Under the pieces are notes generated by a model, which did no database searches, was not told where the DNA came from, and was given only the letters and a program-made list of their open reading frames with translations. The position numbers and the translations under genes were made by a program. From contig JAUCBJ010008004.1 in the NCBI GenBank assembly GCA_032718475.1, positions 1 to 62,580 on the forward strand: a stretch of DNA of 62,580 nt, written 5' to 3'. This document shows, one piece after another, positions 25,240-37,000 of this stretch; position 1 is the first letter of the stretch, and the number at the start of each line of letters is the position of its first letter. The stretch is from Nemertoderma westbladi. Taxonomy: Eukaryota > Animalia > Xenacoelomorpha.

Positions 25240-25717
25240 TACGAACCAATAGTTCATGATACAATACGAAACCAATAATGTGATTTTGAGAAAATACAAT
25301 ACGACACGAAAAATCCAAGATACGATACGAAATACGATAAGATTCCTATTTTTAGGGGATTTTGTAGTGTAATCTACTAAGTTAGAAATACAACTTTATA
25401 AAAAATTTTGGCTAGCATATATTGTAGTAGAAGCAAATAGAATATTAATTAATTAATTTTTTTAATTAATAGCATATACCGTATTATTTTGATCGCTATA
25501 ATAACTCTTGTCATTTTTTGATGAAATTAAACCAATATGTATGTAGTCAGTCAAAAGTTTAGAAAGAATCTGACGTTTTGTCATAAATCAGATAGTCTCC
25601 GGTACAGGCAGTTTCAGACATTTGAAAAAATCCGATATAAGTCGGTCTCGGGTATATCATTGATGAAATTAAACTAAACTTAGTATGTATGAGGTCTCGT
25701 GTTGCGCGAAGGCCCCA

Positions 25718-27036
25718 CGAACCTGTAGAACATTGTATGATTATAGTCCTACTGGGGGAACCTGTAGAACATTGTATGATTATAGTCCTACTGGGGGAAC
25801 CTGTAGAACATTGTATGATTATAGTCCTACTGGGGGAACCTGTAGAACATTGTATGATTATAGTCCTACTGCGGGAACCTGTAGAACATTGTATGATTAT
25901 AGTCCTACTGCGGGAACCTGTAGAACATTGTATGATTATAGTCCTACTGCGGGAACCTGTAGAACATTGTATGATTATAGTCCTACTGGGGGAACCTGTA
26001 GAACATTGTATGATTATAGTCCTACTGCGGGAACCTGTAGAACATTGTATGATTATAGTCCTACTGCGGGAACCTGTAGAACATTGTATGATTATAGTCC
26101 TACTGCGGGAACCTGTAGAACATTGTATGATTATAGTCCTACTGCGGGAACCTGTAGAACATTGTATGATTATAGTCCTACTGGGGGAACCTGTAGAACA
26201 TTGTATGATTATAGTCCTACTGCGGGAACCTGTAGAACATTGTATGATTATAGTCCTACCCCACGAACCTGTAGAACATTGTATGATTATAGTCCTACTG
26301 CGGGAACCTGTAGAACATTGTATGATTATAGTCCTACCCCACGAACCTGTAGAACATTGTATGATTATAGTCCTACTGCGGGAACCTGTAGAACATTGTA
26401 TGATTATAGTCCTACTGCGGGAACCTGTAGAACATTGTATGATTATAGTCCTACTGGGGGAACCTGTAGAACATTGTATGATTATAGTCCTACTGCGGGA
26501 ACCTGTAGAACATTGTATGATTATAGTCCTACTGGGGGAACCTGTAGAACATTGTATGATTATAGTCCTACTGCGGGAACCTGTAGAACATTGTATGATT
26601 ATAGTCCTACTGGGGGAACCTGTAGAACATTGTATGATTATAGTCCTACTGCGGGAACCTGTAGAACATTGTATGATTATAGTCCTACTGGGGGAACCTG
26701 TAGAACATTGTATGATTATAGTCCTACTGGGGGAACCTGTAGAACATTGTATGATTATAGTCCTACTGGGGGAACCTGTAGAACATTGTATGATTATAGT
26801 CCTACTGCGGGAACCTGTAGAACATTGTATGATTATAGTCCTACTGCGGGAACCTGTAGAACATTGTATGATTATAGTCCTACTGCGGGAACCTGTAGAA
26901 CATTGTATGATTATAGTCCTACTGCGGGAACCTGTAGAACATTGTATGATTATAGTCCTACTGGGGGAACCTGTAGAACATTGTATGATTATAGTCCTAC
27001 TGGGGGAACCTGTAGAACATTGTATGATTATAGTCC
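25718..27036. repeat. 39-bp minisatellite, ~34 copies (GAACCTGTAGAACATTGTATGATTATAGTCCTACTG[C/G]GG)
   Basis: Near-perfect tandem array with three unit variants (TGCGG, TGGGG, CCCAC). Confidence 0.98.
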
Positions 27037-27904
27037 TTCTGCTATAATTAAACCTATAGACTCGGAAACACGACAATCTTATCGTATCGTATCATAAACC
27101 CTGATTACGTAGATGGAACGGGGCTTTATAACTCTAACACTATGGATACTACTATATTGTGTAAGAATTACATCGCTCCTTACAACAACTGTTAGACTCA
27201 ATATTACCGACCCACTAATATTACAGTCCAAACGAATGTTACTATGTAAAGTAAATAACTTCGAACTGAATTGCTACATTAAAGTAAACAATTAATTACC
27301 AACCAAATTAAACTAGGGGGGGGGGGGGGGGGTTGTTTCCTTATTTAATTAATTATCTAATGGATTGGAACCTACCGTGGCCATTAGAGATAGCACTAAT
27401 ATCTCTTACTCAATAAAGTCATCAAACAGAACATAATTATGGTTTCCAGTTATTATAGATAAATATATATTTTAGTGTCTAAAATTCGGAATATTTTACT
27501 GTAATAGTCAATAACATTCTACTGATACCGTATGAACTCCAATAATAAGTGTCTGGGCGTTTCAGGTTATATACATTGTCTATAAGGGAGGGGGGGGGGG
27601 GGGGGGGGGGTATTCGATAAAATACGGTAGACTATAAGATATCGAATATCTGTTTTAGATAAGTTTTACAGTTAAATAAATATATTACAGAACAAATTCA
27701 ATTGAATACAATACATTTTGTTATTTATCGTGTAGAGGAGGGCAGAAGCGCAAAAACTGGATAAACTCAATAATTCGAAAGAAACTGATAGTTAAAATGG
27801 TATTGCAGTTGATATAATAAATCAATAGTATCTAAGGCCGATTAATTAGTTAGCAAATAAAGAAACTCAGCTGGTATCCATGGAAAATTCCGTTTCCATA
27901 GCAA

Positions 27905-28391
27905 TTAACTAGTATCCATAGTCTCGAAGTAAACCGGAAGTTGTGCCGTACCAATAATAGCGACGTGGGTGTCCTTACTGACACTGTCCAACATGTTCCG
28001 CAGGTCGGCACTGTTCCGAATGTAACCGAGGAGGTCCACCATGGCCACGGTGGACTCCGCGTCTGGGATACGCCCCACAGCGACCACCGCTCGCATAACT
28101 GCCCGTTTAAGTTCGTCTTGTTTATCGAACTCCTGCTTCACAGAGTTTGCGTTCACTTTAGAGGCGAGCGTCGCTTTCAGGGGTTCACTTATATCGTGCA
28201 TCCGCTGTAAGAGACACTGAGGAACTAACAGCGCGAGTCGGGAGACCATCAGGTAGCTGAGCATCTTAATATCGTAATGGTCGCGGAGTCCATCCACCAT
28301 ACGGTCGATAAACTCTTTGATATTGAGTCGGTCCAGACACGACTCCAGCAGGGTGTACATACACTCAAAGGCGGCTTTACGCACGTCCAAC
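27905..28391 (-). CDS. CAND1: CAND1 coding exon 7 (last)
   Basis: Acceptor ttctcgcag|G; LDVRKAAFECMYTLLESCLDRL...DHYDIKML...ETMDTS* (TIP120/CAND1 C-terminus). Confidence 0.95.
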
Positions 28392-29159
28392 CTGCGAGAA
28401 AACATAACGGTATAGTTGGGTAGAGCAAACACGTAGATAACAGGAATTCAACTATAAAACACGGCCTATTATATTGAGGATTTCTTGGACTTTGAGCAAA
28501 ACGGAATGAATCGAAAACGTTTTTTTGATTTCGATTTCTTCTGAATAATAAAGTGATTTCTTTCAAGCCTTCGAGCAGCACGACATTTTGCTATTGAATC
28601 AGGACCCATTTCATAAAAAAGGCTCTCCTGGTACAAATAATATGAATAAAATTGCTAAACTTTGTTTTATAAGATATATTTTTAGTAAGGAAGGATGACA
28701 AATTTGTTAAAAAGATTTTGTGGTAGATTTCCCCCCTAATCATACAAAAAAAGAGCCGGTTACAGAGGCGAGTTGGGCGAACCAAAATAATAAACGGAAG
28801 TCAACAGTGTCTGTGTCACAAGATTATTAAGCAGGTTAGGTTTTATGTAGTCACAGGGGGGGGGGGGGGGGGGGGGGCGCGTTAGGGTGGAATTCTGCCA
28901 TGGATCTATTTTTATCTCCCGTGGAAACTAATACTACCTCCCAGATGGTAGAATGAACGTACACCGTAATAACGTAACTTACTATAACGTAATAATAACG
29001 TAGAGTGGTGAATAAGCTTTATAACCATTCCCAAACCAATAATATAATGAAACTGAAACAACAATCCCCAATAAGCATTAACTACATTGGATATCAACCA
29101 ACTACCCTATTCGGATTGTAACAAAGACAAATAAAGACGAGCAACTGATTTCTACTGAC

Positions 29160-29827
29160 CCGTCATCCACTGTGTGTTTAAAGGGGCCCATCTCAACCTC
29201 GCGGATCAACTCCTTTTTAACTCGCGTCTCTTTGTAGAGAGCGGGGAGCGCGTGGGGGAGGAGGTCCCGAACGAGACCGGGTTTATTGTGCAACGTTGAG
29301 TTCAACGTCCCTAAACTGACGCGGCGGACGTTGATATCCTCGTCGGAGAGTCCGAGGAGCAAGTCGGACATGACGGGGGAGAGAGCGAGGTCGACCTCCG
29401 GACGCGGCGAGTCGACGACGGCGTAACGAATCGCCAAGGCGGAAGTGGCGCGAACCAACGGGGACGAGGAACCCCGTAGCTCCCGGAGTCGAGGCACCAA
29501 GGCCAACGGCTCCAGCAGCGAGAGTTTACCCATACACTCGGCGACGACGGTACGGGTCCCCTCCTCCGGGGACGAGCTGTTCGCCGCGAGGATCGTCCAC
29601 ATTCGGTCGATGTGCGACGCGAACTGGGTGGACTCGGAGGAGAGTTTATTCGTCTCGCAATCGATAACCTCCTTCATGGAGTGAATGAAGAGATACTTCC
29701 GTTTGGTCTGAGATTCGATCTCTCTGAGTAGCGCCGGAACGCACTTCTCGAAGTTTCCAACGCTGACTCGACCCAAAGCGAAACTCGCTGCTGCCTTCAC
29801 ATCCTCGCTAGACGATAAAAATGCTTC
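29160..29827 (-). CDS. CAND1: CAND1 coding exon 6
   Basis: ttttcag|EAFLSSSEDVKAAASFALG...EEGTRTVVAECMGKL...KELIREVEMGPFKHTVDDG|gtcagt (phase 2). Confidence 0.95.
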
Positions 29828-30545
29828 CTGAAAATTACAATTAAATATTTTATTTCAACAGTATTTTGAATCAACAACAATTTAAGCAAAGTATTTATTA
29901 ATTATTTATTAGTTTAACTGTTCAAATTAAGGAGACCATTACAGCTGATGAAGAGTGAAAATTTTCACAAATTTCGAAAAATGTATTTTATTTATTTTTG
30001 TAGTTTGGTAGAAGGACTTGGTGACCGAAAACCGAAACGATGGTGACATCGGCTTTCACCATTAATAAGTTTTTCCCCCCAAAACATCCTATTATGTGTT
30101 CAACAACAATATTTATGGCTGATATTCACGACTCTCTGTATAAAACAACCTTTTTCTCAGTTTGTCGATTTTGACTTTTTTTCATTACTTTATCGCCAAC
30201 CGAATGGGGCGCCAACGGATAAATCCGAACCGAAACGAACGAAGCGTCAGGAAATAGACAATAGCGAATCCTGACGGACTATTTGCCCCACCGCTGTGTC
30301 CCGGTTCATCCAATGGGTATTAAATAATTTGCATTGAAATACCGCATTTCCACTATTAACAGTATCAATGCAGGTTCGCGTAAAGCCGGTTGCGTTCTCG
30401 TATTATAATTGAGTTTAGTTTACAACAGAAACTAAAAATTTAATTAAAATAAATCCCAGGAACACAATAGTACGTCGAAATTAACATAAATTTATTTGTG
30501 ACTCGTTTAATCCAGGAATACTACTATAGTGGTTAACGTGGTTAC

Positions 30546-30830
30546 CTGTATAGCCGCGTTGAGATTAGGATGCGCGCTAATATCGAGACGACAACCGAGT
30601 TCCCCGACGACCAACAAAGCGAACATCCTGGCGGAGTCGGATACGGAGCCGGAGCCGGCGTCGGATACGAACTGGTCGAGGAATGGAACCGACTCCGAGG
30701 GTTTCAACGCCAGTAGCGTGGCCACGCACTGCGCTATCGAGTTGTACGCGTGTTTGTGGAGCGGGGCGGCTTTGTTACCAGGGAAGTTGGAACTGTACAC
30801 CGTGGCACCAGCTGGCTGTTTACTGAAATC
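30546..30830 (-). CDS. CAND1: CAND1 coding exon 5
   Basis: ttcgcag|DFSKQ...LHKHAYNSIAQCVA...FALLVVGELG...AAIQ|gtaacc; 285 nt, phase 0. Confidence 0.9.
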
Positions 30831-30970
30831 CTGCGAATAAACACCCAATGTAAACAAATCAGAATAATATAACACTGTGTAAGAATATTAATGGTGTAAG
30901 AATTACCAACAAACATGGATTGGATAGGATAAGAAGATAAGCTGGCTGAAAGAAAACACCAAGGTGCTGT

Positions 30971-31014
30971 ATTAGTGAACGTTTTCGCCCTAACCGGGCT
31001 ATTTCAGACTTAAT
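30971..31014 (-). ncRNA. Minimal type-I hammerhead-ribozyme-like motif (Penelope type) with non-canonical core
   Basis: Minus strand AUUAAGU-CUGAAAUA-GCCC-GGUUA-GGGC-GAAAACGUUC-ACUAAU: stem I, stem II GCCC/GGGC, GAAA, palindromic AACGUU stem III, UUC triplet. The core is CUGAAAUA rather than CUGANGA. Confidence 0.65.
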
Positions 31015-31084
31015 GTGCTTAGTTAATAGTAGCTTAGCTATAAACTAATAATTAATAGTAATAGTAAATAAGCACATTAATCGT

Positions 31085-34000
31085 CTGAAGTAGCCCGGTT
31101 AGCACCTTGGTAGTACCTGAAGTAGCCCGGTTAGCACCTTGGTAGTACCTGAAGTAGCCCGGTTAGCACCTTGGTAGTACCTGAAGTAGCTCTGTTAGCA
31201 CCTTGGCAGTACCTGAAGTAGCTCTGTTAGCACCTTGGTAGTACGTGAAGTAGCCCGGTTAGCACCTTGGTAGTACCTGAAGTAGCCCGGTTAGCACCTT
31301 GGTAGTACCTGAAGTAGCCCGGTTAGCACCTTGGTAGTACCTGAAGTAGCTCTGTTAGCACCTTGGCAGTACCTGAAGTAGCTCTGTTAGCACCTTGGTA
31401 GAACCTGAAGTAGCCCGGTTAGCACCTTGGTAGTACCTGAAGTAGCTCTGTTAGCACCTTGGCAGTACCTGAAGTAGCTCTGTTAGCACCTTGGTAGAAC
31501 CTGAAGTAGCCCGGTTAGCACCTTGGTAGTACCTGAAGTAGCCCGGTTAGCACCTTGGTAGTACCTGAAGTAGCTCTGTTAGCACCTTGGCAGTACCTGA
31601 AGTAGCTCTGTTAGCACCTTGGTAGAACCTGAAGTAGCCCGGTTAGCACCTTGGTAGTACCTGAAGTAGCCCGATTAGCACATTGGTAGTACCTGAAGTA
31701 GCTCTGTTAGCACCTTGGCAGTACCTGAAGTAGCTCTGTTAGCACCTTGGTAGAACCTGAAGTAGCCCGGTTAGCACCTTTGTAGTACCTGAAGTAGCCC
31801 GGTTAGCACCTTGGTAGTACCTGAAGTAGCCCGGTTAGCACCTTGGTAGTACCTGAAGTAGCTCTGTTAGCACCTTGGCAGTACCTGAAGTAGCTCTGTT
31901 AGCACCTTGGTAGTACCTGAAGTAGCTCTGTTAGCACCTTGGTAGAACCTGAAGTAGCCCGGTTAGCACCTTGGTAGTACCTGAAGTAGCCCGGTTAGCA
32001 CCTTGGTAGTACCTGAAGTAGCTCTGTTAGCACCTTGGTAGTACCTGAAGTAGCTCTGTTAGCACCTTGGTAGTACCTGAAGTAGCCCGGTTAGCACCTT
32101 GGTAGTACCTGAAGTAGCCCGGTTAGCACCTTGGTAGTACCTGAAGTAGCCCGGTTAGCACCTTGGTAGTACCTGAAGTAGCTCTGTTAGCACCTTGGTA
32201 GTACCTGAAGTAGCTCTGTTAGCACCTTGGTAGAACCTGAAGTAGCCCGGTTAGCACCTTGGTAGTACCTGAAGTAGCCCGGTTAGCACATTGGTAGTAC
32301 CTGAAGTAGCTCTGTTAGCACCTTGGCAGTACCTGAAGTAGCTCTGTTAGCACCTTGGTAGAACCTGAAGTAGCCCGGTTAGCACCTTGGTAGTACCTGA
32401 AGTAGCCCGGTTAGCACCTTGGTAGTACCTGAAGTAGCCCGGTTAGCACCTTGGTAGTACCTGAAGTAGCCCGGTTAGCACCTTGGTAGTACCTGAAGTA
32501 GCCCGGTTAGCACCTTGGTAGTACCTGAAGTAGCTCTGTTAGCACCTTGGCAGTACCTGAAGTAGCTCTGTTAGCACCTTGGTAGTACCTGAAGTAGCTC
32601 TGTTAGCACCTTGGCAGTACCTGAAGTAGCTCTGTTAGCACCTTGGTAGAACCTGAAGTAGCCCGGTTAGCACCTTGGTAGTACCTGAAGTAGCTCTGTT
32701 AGCACCTTGGTAGTACCTGAAGTAGCTCTGTTAGCACCTTGGTAGTACCTGAAGTAGCCCGGTTAGCACCTTGGTAGTACCTGAAGTAGCTCTGTTAGCA
32801 CCTTGGTAGAACCTGAAGTAGCCCGGTTAGCACCTTGGTAGTACCTGAAGTAGCTCTGTTAGCACCTTGGTAGAACCTGAAGTAGCTCCGGTTAGCACCT
32901 TGGTAGTACATGAAGTAGCCCGGTTAGCACCTTGGTAGAACCTGAAGTAGCCCGGTTAGCACCTTGGTAGTACCTGAAGTAGCTCTGTTAGCACCTTGGT
33001 AGAACCTGAAGTAGCCCGGTTAGCACCTTGGTAGTACCTGAAGTAGCCCGGTTAGCACCTTGGTAGAACCTGAAGTAGTCCGGTTAGCACCTTGGTAATA
33101 CGTGAAGTAGCCCGATTAGCACATTGGTAGTACCTGAAGTAGCTCTGTTAGCACCTTGGCAGTACCTGAAGTAGCTCTGTTAGCACCTTGGTAGAACCTG
33201 AAGTAGCCCGGTTAGCACCTTGGTAGTACCTGAAGTAGCCCGATTAGCACATTGGTAGTACCTGAAGTAGCTCTGTTAGCACCTTGGCAGTACCTGAAGT
33301 AGCTCTGTTAGCACCTTGGTAGTACCTGAAGTAGCCCGGTTAGCACATTGGTAGTACCTGAAGTAGCTCTGTTAGCACCTTGGCAGTACCTGAAGTAGCT
33401 CTGTTAGCACCTTGGTAGTACCTGAAGTAGCCCGGTTAGCACCTTGGTAGTACCTGAAGTAGCCCGGTTAGCACCTTGGTAGTACCTGAAGTAGCTCTGT
33501 TAGCACCTTGGTAGTACCTGAAGTAGCCCGGTTAGCACCTTGGTAGTACCTGAAGTAGCTCTGTTAGCACCTTGGTAGTACCTGAAGTAGCCCGGTTAGC
33601 ACCTTGGTAGTACCTGAAGTAGCCCGGTTAGCACCTTGGTAGTACCTGAAGTAGCTCTGTTAGCACCTTGGTAGTACCTGAAGTAGCCCGGTTAGCACCT
33701 TGGTAGTACCTGAAGTAGCCCGGTTAGCACCTTGGTAGTACCTGAAGTAGCCCGGTTAGCACCTTGGTAGAACCTGAAGTAGCCCGGTTAGCACCTTGGT
33801 AATACGTGAAGTAGCCCGATTAGCACATTGGTAGTACCTGAAGTAGCTCTGTTAGCACCTTGGCAGTACCTGAAGTAGCTCTGTTAGCACCTTGGTAGAA
33901 CCTGAAGTAGCCCGGTTAGCACCTTGGTAGTACCTGAAGTAGCCCGGTTAGCACCTTGGTAGTACCTGAAGTAGCTCTGTTAGCACCTTGGTAGTACCTG

Positions 34001-37000
34001 AAGTAGCTCTGTTAGCACCTTGGTAGTACCTGAAGTAGCCCGGTTAGCACCTTGGTAGTACCTGAAGTAGCCCGGTTAGCACCTTGGTAGTACCTGAAGT
34101 AGCTCTGTTAGCACCTTGGTAGTACCTGAAGTAGCCCGGTTAGCACCTTGGTAGTACCTGAAGTAGTCCGGTTAGCACCTTGGTAATACGTGAAGTAGCC
34201 CGATTAGCACATTGGTAGTACCTGAAGTAGCTCTGTTAGCACCTTGGCAGTACCTGAAGTAGCTCGGTTAGCACCTTGGTAGTACCTGAAGTAGCTCGGT
34301 TAGCACCTTGGTAGTACCTGAAGTAGCTCTGTTAGCACCTTGGTAGAACCTGAAGTAGCCCGGTTAGCACCTTGGTAGTACCTGAAGTAGCCCGGTTAGC
34401 ACCTTGGCAGTACCTGAAGTAGCTCTGTTAGCACCTTGGTAGAACCTGAAGTAGTCCGGTTAGCACCTTGGTAATACGTGAAGTAGCCCGATTAGCACAT
34501 TGGTAGTACCTGAAGTAGCTCTGTTAGCACCTTGGCAGTACCTGAAGTAGCTCTGTTAGCACCTTGGTAGTACCTGAAGTAGCCCGATTAGCACATTGGT
34601 AGTACCTGAAGTAGCACGGTTAGCACCTTGGTAGTACCTGAAGTAGCCCGGTTAGCACCTTGGTAGTACATGAAGTAGCTCTGTTAGCACCTTGGTAGTA
34701 CCTGAAGTAGCCCGATTAGCACATTGGTAGAACCTGAAGTAGCCCGGTTAGCACCTTGGTAGTACCTGAAGTAGCTCTGTTAGCACCTTGGTAGAACCTG
34801 AAGTAGCCCGGTTAGCACCTTGGTAGTACCTGAAGTAGCCCGATTAGCACATTGGTAGTACCTGAAGTAGCTCTGTTAGCACCTTGGCAGTACCTGAAGT
34901 AGCTCTGTTAGCACCTTGGTAGAACCTGAAGTAGCCCGGTTAGCACCTTTGTAGTACCTGAAGTAGCCCGGTTAGCACCTTGGTAGTACCTGAAGTAGCC
35001 CGGTTAGCACCTTGGTAGTACCTGAAGTAGCTCTGTTAGCACCTTGGCAGTACCTGAAGTAGCTCTGTTAGCACCTTGGTAGAACCTGAAGTAGCCCGGT
35101 TAGCACCTTGGTAGTACCTGAAGTAGCTCTGTTAGCACCTTGGTAGAACCTGAAGTAGCCCGGTTAGCAGCTTGGTAGTACCTGAAGTAGCTCTGTTAGC
35201 ACCTTGGTTGAACCTGAAGTAGTCCGGTTAGCACCTTGGTAGTACATGAAGTAGCCCGGTTAGCACCTTGGTAGAACCTGAAGTAGCCCGGTTAGCACCT
35301 TGGTAGTACCTGAAGTAGCTCTGTTAGCACCTTGGTAGAACCTGAAGTAGCCCGGTTAGCACCTTGGTAGTACCTGAAGTAGCTCTGTTAGCACCTTGGT
35401 AGAACCTGAAGTAGCCCGGTTAGCAGCTTGGTAGTACCTGAAGTAGCCCGGTTAGCACCTTGGTAGAACCTGAAGTAGCCCGGTTAGCACCTTGGTAGTA
35501 CCTGAAGTAGCCCGTTAGCACCTTGGTAGTACCTGAAGTAGCCCGGTTAGCACCTTAGTAGTACCTGAAGTAGCCCGGTTGGTTAGCACCTTGGTTTGGT
35601 AGTACCTGAAGTAGCCCGGTTGGTTAGCACCTTGGTTTGGTAGTACCTGAAGTAGCCCGGTTAGCACCTTGGTAGAACCTGAAGTAGTCCGGTTAGCACC
35701 TTGGTAGTACATGAAGTAGCCCGGTTAGCACCTTGGTAGTACATGAAGTAGCCCGGTTAGCACCTTGGTAGAACCTGAAGTAGCCCGGTTAGCACCTTGG
35801 TTGAACCTGAAGTAGTCCGGTTAGCACCTTGGTAGTACATGAAGTAGCCCGGTTAGCACCTTGGTAGAACCTGAAGTAGCCCGGTTAGCACCTTGGTAGT
35901 ACATGAAGTAGCCCGGTTAGCACCTTGGTAGTACATGAAGTAGCCCGGTTAGCACCTTGGTAGAACCTGAAGTAGTCCGGTTAGCACCTTGGTAGTACAT
36001 GAAGTAGCCCGGTTAGCACCTTGGTAGTACATGAAGTAGCCCGGTTAGCACCTTGGTAGAACCTGAAGTAGCCCGGTTAGCACCTTGGTTGAACCTGAAG
36101 TAGTCCGGTTAGCACCTTGGTAGTACATGAAGTAGCCCGGTTAGCACCTTGGTAGTACATGAAGTAGCCCGGTTAGCACCTTGGTAGAACCTGAAGTAGC
36201 CCGGTTAGCACCTTGGTTGAACCTGAAGTAGTCCGGTTAGCACCTTGGTAGTACATGAAGTAGCCCGGTTAGCACCTTTGTAGTACCTGAAGTAGCCCGG
36301 TTAGCACCTTGGTAGAACCTGAAGTAGCCCGGTTAGCACATTGGTAGAACCTGAAATAGCCCGGTTAGCACCTTGGTAGAACCTGAAGTAGCCCGGTTAG
36401 CACCTTGGTAGTACCTGAAGTAGCCCGGTTAGCACCTTGGTTTGGTAGTACCTGAAGTAGCCCGGTTAGCACCTTGGTAGTACCTGAAGTAGCCCGGTTA
36501 GCACCTTGGTTTGGTAGTACCTGAAGTAGCCCGGTTAGCACCTTGGTAGTACCTGAAGTAGCTCTGTTAGCACCTTGGTAGTACCTGAAGTAGCACGGTT
36601 AGCACCTTGGTAGTACCTGAAGTAGCCCGGTTAGCACCTTGGTAGAACCTGAAGTAGCCCGGTTAGCATCTTGATAATACGTGAAGTAACCCTGTTAGCA
36701 CCTTGGTAGAACCTGAAGTAGCCCGGTTAGCACATTGGTAGAACCTGAAGTGGCCCGGTTAGCACCTTGGTAGTACCTGAAGTAGTCCGGTTAGCACCTT
36801 GGTAGTACCTGAAGTAGCCCGGTTAGCACCTTGGTTGAACCTGAAGTAGCACGGTTAGCACCTTGGTAGAACCTGAAGTAGCCCGGTTAGCATCTTGATA
36901 ATACGTGAAGTAACCCTGTTAGCACCTTGGTAGAACCTGAAGTAGCCCGGTTAGCACCTTGGTAGAACCTGAAGTGGCCCGGTTAGCACCTTGGTAATAC

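Larger units (their letters stand above)
22850..27103. mobile_element. Degenerate non-autonomous DNA element (hAT-like CAGGG/CCCTG end) hosting nested insertions
   Basis: GATACGA-rich subterminal repeats at 22864-22892 and 25257-25342, inverted TCGTATC copies at 27078-27095 ending CCCTG. Flanks ATTACTA / ATTACGTA resemble a decayed 8-bp TSD. Confidence 0.4.

Noticed and set aside
25559-27097. Three overlapping 450-505 aa ORFs on both strands
   Set aside because: Artefacts of a 39-bp unit (multiple of 3) that is open in several frames.
29945-29970. CTGATGA...GAAA hammerhead-like words
   Set aside because: No stem II can form between the two boxes.
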